Assembly (NCBI GenBank): GCA_021827985.1
Contig: JAKATL010000007.1
Location: forward strand, 13,764-77,763
From: a bacterium
GTDB lineage: Bacteria > Chloroflexota > Dormibacteria > Aeolococcales > Bog-877
DNA length: 64,000 nt
Direction: 5' to 3'
Each line of letters opens with the position of its first letter. Position 1 is the first letter of the stretch. A model generated the notes under the pieces. It worked only from the letters and a program-made list of their open reading frames with translations. It did not search any database and had not been told where the DNA came from. Shown piece by piece: positions 56,361 to 64,000 of the stretch. A program made the translations under genes and the position numbers.

Positions 56361-57851
56361 TCAACTCACAGGGACAGTGTGCGGTCCCCGCGCGGCCAGG
56401 GCCGGAACCAGGTTCGCGGCGATAGGAGTTCCCAGGCCGGTCACCGGATCCCACCCGGGGCTGGCGCTGTACCCCGGAATCGCGGGATCGGTCTGATTGT
56501 TGCCGATCGTGACGTCGTTGAAGTAGGTGCTGTAGCTGCCGCCAGCGGCGAGTGCATAGAGCGAGTCGTTGATGAGCCCCAAGTTGGTGCCGGCCTTCTG
56601 GTCTGCAAGCGAGACCATCGCCGCGAACTGGGGCGATGCTGCCGAGGTGCCGCAGATCCCGTAATACCCCGGTGTGAAGCCTTGGGCCGAGATGTACACC
56701 CATACGAAGGTTCCGCATGAGGCCTGCCAGGCTACATCTGGAACGCCGCGCATGGTGCCGCTGAAGTTGGATCCAGTGGGCAGGTTGTCCTGATATGGCG
56801 GGCGGGCGAAGATCTGGCTGAAGCCGCCCCCGGATCCCCGCCAGGCCACGTCGTGCTGAGCCGGAGAGACGTTGCAAGCGGAAGGGCCACCGGTAGGCTC
56901 AAGGCTCGACCCCGTGACGGGGTTGGTGCAGAGGTTGGTCCCGCCGACCGCCGTGACCAGCGGATCCGACGCCGGCCATTGGACAGTTGGATAGGGGATG
57001 GTGCTGCCGCCCTGGCCAACCGGAGTCTTGGTGGAGTTGGCGGTACCGCTGTCACCAGCGGCTGCCATGAAGGTGATACCCGCTTCGGTCCCCGTGATGA
57101 AGGCGTGGCGAAGGCTGAGGAGCGACTGTGCGCTCCCGAAGGAGCCCTCAGCGGCAGCGAAGCTCTGGGTCACAACGTTGGCCATGTGGTGGTCCACCAC
57201 GTACTGCTCCGCGTTCATCATGTTGGGGAAGCCCTGCACGCCAAGGGTCTCAGCGGTGGGGACGACCACGAGGAGGATGTTGGCCTCCGGGGCGATCGAG
57301 TGGGCCCACTGGGTGTCCAGCGCCACCTCGCCGACCCACCCGCTGCTCTGCTCCTGGCCGGGGCCGTAGGGATTGCTCTGGGAGCTGCTGGTGGGTGGCT
57401 TGACTTGGCGGTTGCCGAACATCAGCACATGGAAGGTGGGCATGCCCGGCTTGCAGGTGACACCTGGCATTCCACACATGAGAGGGAGCCCGTAGGCTTG
57501 AGAGAAGGTCTCCAGGTCAGAAGCGACTGCCGGGTAACCGAACGAGTCAACGATGGCTATGGTCTCCCCCTGGCCCATCAGTCCAGAGTTGTAGAGAGGG
57601 GTCAGGTCGTACGAGACCTGCATCGAACTGGGGTCGAAAGCCCGCGCTCCGAAGTAGAAGCCTCCCGGAGGAGCCTGGGTGCCTGCCTCAAAGGCTCCTT
57701 GGAACTGGGCGCTAAGTGGCGTCGCCGCCGGATAGGAGATCGGCCTCGCCGCTGCTCCGACCGCGACTCCCGAGGAAGCAGCCACCGCGCCGAACGCCAG
57801 CGCTGCTATCCACGCGCGCCAGCTCCGCAACCGCACGCCAGAGGATTTCAT
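56361..57851 (-). CDS. secreted S53-family (sedolisin/kumamolisin-like) serine peptidase
   Basis: A GGGAGGA RBS is followed by a signal peptide (MKSSGVRLRSWRAWIAALAFGAVAASSGVAVGAAA), a pro-domain-like region, the catalytic domain (VDHHMANVVTQSF, AAGDSGT) and the nucleophile motif GYYGICGTSAASPQFAAMVSL (SGTSAAxP type). Confidence 0.75.
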   Translation of the reverse strand: MKSSGVRLRSWRAWIAALAFGAVAASSGVAVGAAARPISYPAATPLSAQFQGAFEAGTQAPPGGFYFGARAFDPSSMQVSYDLTPLYNSGLMGQGETIAIVDSFGYPAVASDLETFSQAYGLPLMCGMPGVTCKPGMPTFHVLMFGNRQVKPPTSSSQSNPYGPGQEQSSGWVGEVALDTQWAHSIAPEANILLVVVPTAETLGVQGFPNMMNAEQYVVDHHMANVVTQSFAAAEGSFGSAQSLLSLRHAFITGTEAGITFMAAAGDSGTANSTKTPVGQGGSTIPYPTVQWPASDPLVTAVGGTNLCTNPVTGSSLEPTGGPSACNVSPAQHDVAWRGSGGGFSQIFARPPYQDNLPTGSNFSGTMRGVPDVAWQASCGTFVWVYISAQGFTPGYYGICGTSAASPQFAAMVSLADQKAGTNLGLINDSLYALAAGGSYSTYFNDVTIGNNQTDPAIPGYSASPGWDPVTGLGTPIAANLVPALAARGPHTVPVS

Positions 57852-58086
57852 GCCACGTCCTCCCTTGCTACTCACCTAGCCAGCGAACGCATCGCCGCCT
57901 CCGACGACATCCTACTCCTCAGTTCCCGCGCCGTCGGCCGGGCACAAGTCCAACTCTGCCGGATCTCCCCTGTAGTTAGGCTCGCCTGTGATCAGGTCCA
58001 GGGTGGCAGAACCTACACCTCTTGACGATGGCGTCCAATCGTCCTATCCTACAGGACGCTAGTCCTACACTACAGAGGAGGTCGTC

Positions 58087-58476
58087 ATGGGCGTGATCAA
58101 GAAGACCGTGGTCCTCGATGACCGCATCGAGAGGTTCGTACGCCGGACTCAGGCGCTGATGCTGGAGGCCGAGCCCCCCATCGAAGCGACGTACTCCTCT
58201 GCCCTGAACTTCATGCTCCTGGCGGCCATCCATGAGGCCTCCCGTCCGGGCGGCCTGTCAGCCGAGACCCGGGAAGTCATCTGGGACTTCGCGCGCGACA
58301 ACGACACCCTGGAGGAGCTGAACCTGCACGAGCGGATGGGAGCGGTCCGTGCCGCCCTACTGCTCGGCGAAGGCGTTGAACACCCCCACGCCAGGCAGCC
58401 TCCAGCCAATCCATCTCCTGAGGCGCCGGATGGCGAGTCCGACACGTCGGCTCCCCACCCGACGGCGGCCGAATGA
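58087..58476 (+). CDS. ribbon-helix-helix (CopG/Arc/MetJ-like) domain protein with acidic/Pro-rich tail
   Basis: The N-terminal beta-strand-helix-helix pattern is KKTVVLDDRIERFVRRTQALMLEAEPPIEATYSSALNFMLLAAI. A GAGGAGG RBS precedes it, and upstream lies the palindrome GTCCTATCCTACAGGAC. Confidence 0.55.
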   Translation: MGVIKKTVVLDDRIERFVRRTQALMLEAEPPIEATYSSALNFMLLAAIHEASRPGGLSAETREVIWDFARDNDTLEELNLHERMGAVRAALLLGEGVEHPHARQPPANPSPEAPDGESDTSAPHPTAAE

Positions 58477-58636
58477 ACCCGGCTGGCATCCTGCAGGGGG
58501 TCGCTCCTCTCTGCAGCCACCTCGGCTGGGGGGCAGGGGCACCGGGGCGGCCCTGTGCCCGGGCCGACGAGGCGCTGCCGGGAGCGGCTTCCGTGTGCAT
58601 GCAGGCCGGGCTCGATGGGCTGCAGATGGCGCGGCC

Positions 58637-59272
58637 ATGCTAGCCGCTGTTCGGCGAGCCTGCGGGTGCATGGTCCTCTTCTTGGCCGTGGGCGCGGCGT
58701 TGGGCGTGGCTATCGCCGCCTACCCGTACGTCGCCCCCCAGGTCCCCCGGGCCGCCTCAGCCGTTTCTCATGGGGTGAGCGAACTTCGCTCCCTGGTGTA
58801 TGGGCTCCAGCGGGTAGGGCCGCCAGCCCACCTTCCGGCGACCCCCGCACCGCTACCATCAACGGCGGCGACACCGGCCAAACCGACGTGGACCCGGCCC
58901 AGCTCGGATAGCTGCCAGTGGGGGATCTCCCTTCTGGCCCAGGACCACGCCCTCGACGTGAGGGCAGCCCGAGAGTACCCCGCCTGGCAGACCTGGTACG
59001 ACACTACTGCCGGTTGGTGGGCAGGGGCCGAAGTGGATCTGGAGGGTCTGTGCGGTCAGGCGGCTGCGCCCAGCCGTGCCAGCTGCCAGGCCGACCTGTC
59101 CCACTTCAGCGAGGCGGAGCAGAACCACGAGGCCGCGGCGGCTGGCACGGAACCGAGTTCGATGCCCGGTACGACGACCCAGGATCGGACATGGAACTTG
59201 GAGTGGGCCGCAGACTACCGGCGGCTCTTCGGCATCTTCGCCATCACCGGCTGCGGTGGCGTGGGCGGATGA
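58637..59272 (+). CDS. hypothetical membrane-anchored/secreted protein
   Basis: An N-terminal TM/signal anchor (CMVLFLAVGAALGVAIAAYPYVA) is followed by a Cys-containing extracellular region. No assignable domain. Confidence 0.4.
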   Translation: MLAAVRRACGCMVLFLAVGAALGVAIAAYPYVAPQVPRAASAVSHGVSELRSLVYGLQRVGPPAHLPATPAPLPSTAATPAKPTWTRPSSDSCQWGISLLAQDHALDVRAAREYPAWQTWYDTTAGWWAGAEVDLEGLCGQAAAPSRASCQADLSHFSEAEQNHEAAAAGTEPSSMPGTTTQDRTWNLEWAADYRRLFGIFAITGCGGVGG

Positions 59273-59624
59273 CGACGCGAGGGGCCTCCAAGCGGGGCAG
59301 GCCTTGGCACGGGGCCGCCCCAATGGGGAGGGAGGCCCCGTAGGCAACGTGCTGCCGCCCTGCCGAGCCACGGATCGAGGTTTGGATCGCCGGCTGCTGG
59401 CGCCTGTTGTCCGTGCTGCCGGCGACCCACTGCGGCATCCCGTGAGTCGCCGCCACCTGGGAGAGCCGCAAAGAGAGACGGCCAGGCGCCGGACGCGATC
59501 AGCTGCCGGGAGGACCCGGCTCCCCGGTGGCTCCCCAGCGCCCCCCCTGCTCTGCGACCAGCTCGACAGTCGCCCAAGGGTTGGGCCTTCCGATCAGAGG
59601 GGAGATGGGCGGGTGCAGGAGAGA

Positions 59625-59682
59625 GGTGTCCTGATCCGGTGTCCTGATGAACCGCTGACGCTCCCCTGACCGGTGTCCTGAC
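59625..59682. repeat. three direct copies of GGTGTCCTGA(T/C) (iteron-like) upstream of the 59715 gene
   Basis: GGTGTCCTGAT occurs at 59625 and 59638, and GGTGTCCTGAC at 59672. Additional CTGAC repeats lie between, and a CTACTGTAG palindrome sits at 59696. Confidence 0.5.
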
Positions 59683-59714
59683 GCCGACCTTAGAAGCTAC
59701 TGTAGGAAGGAGCG

Positions 59715-60086
59715 ATGGCCCGATCTGTCCGCTTGCTGAAGGACGGCCAAGCCCCGCACCGGGAGCCTCAGTCGCGGGCGCGCCATCGTGCAGAGCACGT
59801 GACGGTCGGGGTGATGGTGACCATCGAGGAGCGGGACGCTCTCGCGGCCCGAGCCGCCGCTGCCGGCATCTCGATGGGCGCCCTGCTTCGAGGGGATCCG
59901 GCTGCCCGGGACGCCGAGCTGCAGATCCTCCGGGAGCGAAGTCGTCGCGCAGGGCTGGCCGAGGGGCGGCGGGAGCGTGAGGCCGACGTGGCGGCGCTGC
60001 GAGAGAAGCTTGCCTCGATTGCATCCACGGGCGACGCTCGGGCCAACTCCGTGGCTGCAGCGTGGAGAGCCTTGCAGTGGAGATAG
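59715..60086 (+). CDS. MobC/RHH-like small DNA-binding protein (hypothetical)
   Basis: VTVGVMVTIEERDALAARAAAAGISMGALLRG resembles the MobC/ribbon-helix-helix pattern (strand, then helix ending in a basic residue). An Arg/Glu-rich helical tail follows. No relaxase lies downstream. Confidence 0.4.
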   Translation: MARSVRLLKDGQAPHREPQSRARHRAEHVTVGVMVTIEERDALAARAAAAGISMGALLRGDPAARDAELQILRERSRRAGLAEGRREREADVAALREKLASIASTGDARANSVAAAWRALQWR

Positions 60087-60344
60087 AAGCGCTCAGCGAA
60101 CTCAGAGCTGTGGTCGAGGCACGGGTACCTCTCGCGGTCTACCGAACCGATCCGGCCCAGCTACCCGGAGAACTTCGACGCGCGCCTCCAAGACCGGCTC
60201 AACCGGATCCCGCCACCGCTAGGTGGTTGGCCACCCGCCTGAGGGCGCAAGCCCTGGCCAGCTTGGCGACCTGCCGCCCCATCACAAGGGGTCCCCTGTG
60301 ATCACTCCACCACTTCGAGCGGCGATGCGTTGATCGCACGAGCT

Positions 60345-60974
60345 TCAAGTCCGGTGCAAGGCTTCCCAGCCCAATAGGCCACCAAAGCCCACCAGCCCTA
60401 TACCGGAAGCTACGTCGACCGCCCTGGCTGTCCGGGGTCCGATGCGCCGCCGAGTGAGGCTTCCCACGGCTGAGAGCAGGGAGAACCAGCCTAGGCTGCC
60501 GAGTCCGACACCCACCACCAACCCCGCCGCGTCGAGGGGCGTCCGGGCAGGGGCAGCAGCGGAGGCCGCCGTGAACAGCGCGGCCCAAGACAGAATCGTG
60601 AGCGGGTTCGATGCGGTTGCGATCAGGGCAGTGCGAACCGCCCGACCCAGATGCCTCACCTCCTCCTCTGTCTCCAAGCCCTGTCTCACTCGCGCGGCGG
60701 ACCACACCGTGCGAACGCCCAGGGCAATCAAGAAGGCGGCCCCAGCTACACCGAGGGAGACCTGAAGCCCGGGCAGGGCGCGGAGTGCGGAGGCCGCGCC
60801 GACGGCGCCGAGAGCCGCATACGTCATGTCGATCGTGGCCGCCCCAACCCCGATCGCCAGTCCGGCCACGAACCCGCTCCGAAGTGCGCTTCGGGCGCAC
60901 AGGAGCCAGATCGGACCCACCTGAGCGGCAACCAGGGCTCCGAACCCAAGGCCGCCCAGGAAGGCTGCCGCCAT
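60345..60974 (-). CDS. LysE/RhtB-family amino-acid exporter
   Basis: MAAAFLGGLGFGALVAAQVGPIWLL is the typical LysE N-terminus. The topology is six TM segments. Confidence 0.8.
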   Translation of the reverse strand: MAAAFLGGLGFGALVAAQVGPIWLLCARSALRSGFVAGLAIGVGAATIDMTYAALGAVGAASALRALPGLQVSLGVAGAAFLIALGVRTVWSAARVRQGLETEEEVRHLGRAVRTALIATASNPLTILSWAALFTAASAAAPARTPLDAAGLVVGVGLGSLGWFSLLSAVGSLTRRRIGPRTARAVDVASGIGLVGFGGLLGWEALHRT

Positions 60975-60976
60975 CG

Positions 60977-61162
60977 CTACCCCAGTGCCTCGATCGTCAG
61001 CGCGAGCCGCTTCGGAGAACCGAGCCTAGCATGGGCCGCCTTCTGCAGGTAGAGGGTCCCGACGACGGGGCTACCGGGGTGGTCCGGTGGCTGGCCCGTC
61101 TCGTCCTCGGCGAACCGGATGGTGTTCTTGGTCTCCCGCTCCAGGGTGAGGTGGATTTCCAT
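60977..61162 (-). CDS. small hypothetical protein (61 aa) in operon with LysE-family exporter
   Basis: MEIHLTLERETKNTIRFAEDETGQPPDHPGSPVVGTLYLQKAAHARLGSPKRLALTIEALG has protein-like composition. Its stop overlaps the LysE start. The longer listed ORF upstream is non-protein-like. Confidence 0.4.
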   Translation of the reverse strand: MEIHLTLERETKNTIRFAEDETGQPPDHPGSPVVGTLYLQKAAHARLGSPKRLALTIEALG

Positions 61163-61554
61163 GATGCCTCCCGAACTCGGCCAGGCAGGGTGGGGGCCCG
61201 TTTGCCCTCTCCGAAATGGGGGTCTGGCCGGACCCCGGTTCCGCTGTGTACAGTAGCCGCCATGACCATCTCCGGAAGGGCTCCCTTTCCAGTGCCCCCG
61301 GGCCATCATTGGGGCGACGGAGCCCAGACCAATAGCGCCAGCCTCCGGCAGCGCGGCAGAGCGCTGATGACCGGGTTCCCTGGGGCCGGCGTGGTGCGGG
61401 TGTGCTGGGTGGCTGTTGGCCGCAGATAGCCGGCCGATGGCAATCCGGCAGCGGCCCAGGGCACCGGCTGCGGAGGCCTTGAGGAGCACGGGAGCGGAGC
61501 CTTTGGCTCCCACTGGATCATCGCGACTTGAGAGCCGCATTTGCCGCCCGCCCG

Positions 61555-64000
61555 ATGCGTGAGGACGGATCCGGCCCGACGAGTCTTGCCGATGGCAGCT
61601 TCGATGAACTTGTCCAGCTGGCAGCAGGACATTCGCCATATCCGTACCAGCGGCGGCTCGCCAAGGGAGGGCTGCCCGAACTCTTGCAGATCCCCACTGG
61701 TGCAGGCAAGACCCTCGCCGCCACGCTTCCCTGGTTGTACCGTCGACGATTCCATCCCGACCCTGAGGTCCGGGCCGGGACACCCCACTGGCTGATCTTC
61801 GTGCTCCCCATGCGGGTGCTGGTGGAGCAAACGCGGGACATGATCGGCCGGTGGCTGCAGAACGCGGGGCTTGCGGACGAAGTCGGCCTTCACGTGGTGA
61901 TGGGCGGAGAGGGACGACTGGAGAGTGCGTGGCGCCGGGCCCCGGAGCAGGACGCGATCTTCGTGGGGACCCTGGACATGCTGCTTTCCCGGGCGTTGAA
62001 TCGGGGCTACGCCGCGAGCCGGTTCGCCTGGCCGATTGACTTCGGGCTGTTCAACTCCGGGTGCCAATGGGTATTCGACGAGGTCCAGCTCATGGGCCCT
62101 GCACTGCCGACATCGCGCCAACTTGAGGGGCTTCGGCGCGCGCTTGGCACCGCCGTCGCCTGCCGCTCCATGTGGATGTCGGCCACCGTCAACAAACGCC
62201 GGTTATCCACCGTCGATCTTCCAGAGGTCGGAACTGGTCTCGAACTCGGATCGGCAGACTGGGCTGGTCCTTTGGCTAGGCGCCTCAACGCCCCGAAGGC
62301 TGTACGGCAGCTCGCTCTCGACAGCGGTGCGGCGGGCTACGGCCGCAGTCTGGCGACAGCGCTGCGTGAGCACCACCGACCCGGGACGCTGACCATCGCC
62401 ATCGTCAACACCGTGGAGCGAGCGCAAGCCGTCTGGCGCGAGCTTACCAAGGGGCCAGGCGTGGACGATGTCGAGGTTGTCCTCCTCCACTCACGCTTCC
62501 GAGCGCCAGATCGAGCGACCCAAGCTGCGGCTGCTCTGCGGCCAATCGATCCGTCGGGCCCTGGACGTCTGGTGATCTCCACGCAGGTACTCGAAGCCGG
62601 GGTCGACATCTCGGCCACCACTTTGTTCACCGAAGCCGCGTCCTGGCCATCGATTGTGCAGCGCGCCGGGCGGTGCAACCGCGACGGAGACAGCCCCGGG
62701 GCCGTCCTTCTGTGGGCTCAACCTCCGTCTTTCCAGCCCTATGAGGCGGACGATGTCGACCACGCCGCAGCCGAACTCATCTCACTGGAAGGGACCGCCG
62801 TTACCGCCGGCGACCTCGTCCAACGGACAGTGGAGGTTGTCGAGCCGGTCCATCCGGTTCTCCGGCTCCCAGACCTGGTTGGGCTGTTCGACACGACGCC
62901 CGACCTGACAGGTAACGATCTCGATGTGGGTCGCTACATCCGTGAGGGGGGCGACCTGGACGTGCAGATAGCGTGGCGGGCCGGGCTCCAGGTCAACGCC
63001 CCGCCCGCTGAAGCCCGTCCCACACGCGATGAGCTGTGCCCGGTCCCCATAGGCCAGGTCCGGTCGTGGCTTAAGGTGCCACGGGGGGCGGCGTCTCCGG
63101 TGTTGGCCTGGAGGTTCGACCAACTCGGCGCGGAGTGGGTGCGTTGCAAGGCTGAGGAGGTCCGCCCCGGCCATGTGCTGTTGGTGCCCGCGGAGGTCGG
63201 CGGCTATGATCCCTTCTCGGGCTGGGACCCCAAGTCGACCGCTCCGACCACCGTTCTGCCTGAAGTGGAAGCGTCGCCCATCGCCCAGGCGGAGGAGGCG
63301 ACCGCCGACGATCCGTGCACTTTCGCCCCCGGTGTGTGGGTCAGCCTGAGGGATCATCTGGAGCAAGCGGAACGCGCGCTCCGCGTAATAGCGGCGGCGT
63401 ACCCACTACCGCCCCACCTGGTCGAGGCTGCGGCCAACGCAGCCCGGTTCCATGACCTCGGCAAGGCACATCCCAGCTTTCAGGGGTTCCTCTTGAGTTC
63501 CATCCGCTCACCGGCGGAATCACCGCCAGCCGGCGGTCCCTGGGCGAAGTCGGCAGGTCGGGGCCGAGGCAACCATCAGCGCCGATTCTTCCGACATGAG
63601 TTGGCATCGGCCCTCGCGCTGCTGGCCAACCCGGAATCCCTTGAGGCGGTGCCCGATCCCGACTTGGTGGTGTACCTGGTTGCCGCCCACCACGGGCGAG
63701 TTCGCATTGCCATCCGCTCCCAACCTGGCGAGATGCCACCTGCTGGTGACCCTGATCGGCGCGTGGCCATGGGGATCTGGGACGGCGAGCCACTGCCCGC
63801 CGCCGAAGTTCCTGGGACGACATTCCCGTCCGTGTCGCTCAGCCTCGGCTCTATGGAACTTGGGGACGGTCCGGATGGAGCACCGTCTTGGACATCTCGG
63901 ATGATGGCACTCCGGGATCGGTCGGATATCGGCCCCTTCCGGCTGGGATTCCTGGAGGCTCTGGTGCGCCTTGCCGACTGGAGAGTCAGCGCCGATGACC
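61555..64000 (+). CDS. cas3: Cas3-like superfamily-2 helicase with C-terminal HD nuclease domain (helicase then HD order, type I-G/I-U-like); partial, continues past the window end
   Basis: Helicase motifs: I LQIPTGAGKTLAA, II FDEVQLMG, III SATV, V/VI ISTQVLEAGVDISATTLF...SIVQRAGRCNRDG. The C-terminal HD domain shows DHLEQAER, FHDLGKAHPSFQ, FFRHELASALALL, VAAHHGRV and LVRLADWRVS (the H, HDxGK..FQ, RHE, HHG, AD series typical of Cas3 HD). The frame is open from ATG 61555 to nt 64000, which is why it is not in the supplied ORF track. Confidence 0.75.
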   Translation, partial: MREDGSGPTSLADGSFDELVQLAAGHSPYPYQRRLAKGGLPELLQIPTGAGKTLAATLPWLYRRRFHPDPEVRAGTPHWLIFVLPMRVLVEQTRDMIGRWLQNAGLADEVGLHVVMGGEGRLESAWRRAPEQDAIFVGTLDMLLSRALNRGYAASRFAWPIDFGLFNSGCQWVFDEVQLMGPALPTSRQLEGLRRALGTAVACRSMWMSATVNKRRLSTVDLPEVGTGLELGSADWAGPLARRLNAPKAVRQLALDSGAAGYGRSLATALREHHRPGTLTIAIVNTVERAQAVWRELTKGPGVDDVEVVLLHSRFRAPDRATQAAAALRPIDPSGPGRLVISTQVLEAGVDISATTLFTEAASWPSIVQRAGRCNRDGDSPGAVLLWAQPPSFQPYEADDVDHAAAELISLEGTAVTAGDLVQRTVEVVEPVHPVLRLPDLVGLFDTTPDLTGNDLDVGRYIREGGDLDVQIAWRAGLQVNAPPAEARPTRDELCPVPIGQVRSWLKVPRGAASPVLAWRFDQLGAEWVRCKAEEVRPGHVLLVPAEVGGYDPFSGWDPKSTAPTTVLPEVEASPIAQAEEATADDPCTFAPGVWVSLRDHLEQAERALRVIAAAYPLPPHLVEAAANAARFHDLGKAHPSFQGFLLSSIRSPAESPPAGGPWAKSAGRGRGNHQRRFFRHELASALALLANPESLEAVPDPDLVVYLVAAHHGRVRIAIRSQPGEMPPAGDPDRRVAMGIWDGEPLPAAEVPGTTFPSVSLSLGSMELGDGPDGAPSWTSRMMALRDRSDIGPFRLGFLEALVRLADWRVSADD

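Noticed and set aside
61306-63823. Minus-strand ORFs 61306..62121, 62782..63366, 63341..63823 and plus ORFs 61541..61795, 62036..62392
   Set aside because: All lie inside the continuous Cas3-like reading frame (frame 1, open to the window end) and are alternate-frame artefacts.

Overview
High-GC (~68-70%) bacterial chromosomal segment with tightly packed genes on both strands. It looks like an Actinobacteria/Chloroflexi/Deinococcus-type genome. Start codons are often GTG/TTG, and neighbouring genes frequently overlap by 4 bp.

Ordinary content, left to right:
- a cell-wall amidase, small ACT/CBS/GNAT genes and a Kelch/beta-propeller lipoprotein;
- a PepSY protein with an OmpR/HisKA two-component pair;
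- a 3' remnant of a CofH/FbiC/MqnC-type radical-SAM gene;
- a tandem c-di-GMP signalling pair: a membrane GAF-HD-GYP-GAF-GGDEF protein followed by a PAS-GGDEF protein;
- an IS256 transposase 3' remnant;
- acetyl-CoA synthetase and a Ddn-like F420-type nitroreductase;
- the nitrogen block gltB-gltD-amt;
- a complete histidine pathway in two divergent operons. On the minus strand: yerC-like, hisG, a hisD::hisC fusion, hisB, hisH, hisF, hisIE. On the plus strand: hisA, PHP-type hisJ, and an argD/lysJ-like aminotransferase;
- a complete LysW-carrier alpha-aminoadipate lysine cluster (hcs, hacA, hacB, lysW, lysX, lysY, lysZ, lysK, hicdh), preceded by a T-box-like leader;
- an MFS transporter, osmC-trxA, an EamA transporter and an S9 peptidase.

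Accessory region: at ~50.4 kb an MFS transporter gene is frameshifted and cut off at an AT-rich junction abutting a large serine recombinase gene. After it come ~9 kb of hypothetical cargo: three unknown proteins, a secreted S53 protease, RHH-type regulators, several repeat-rich intergenic regions and a recurring 16-nt motif. A LysE exporter follows. At the window edge lies a Cas3-like superfamily-2 helicase with a C-terminal HD nuclease domain, which is type I-G-like in architecture. It runs off the window and is absent from the ORF track because it has no stop within the window.

No CRISPR array, rRNA or tRNA was recognised in the window.
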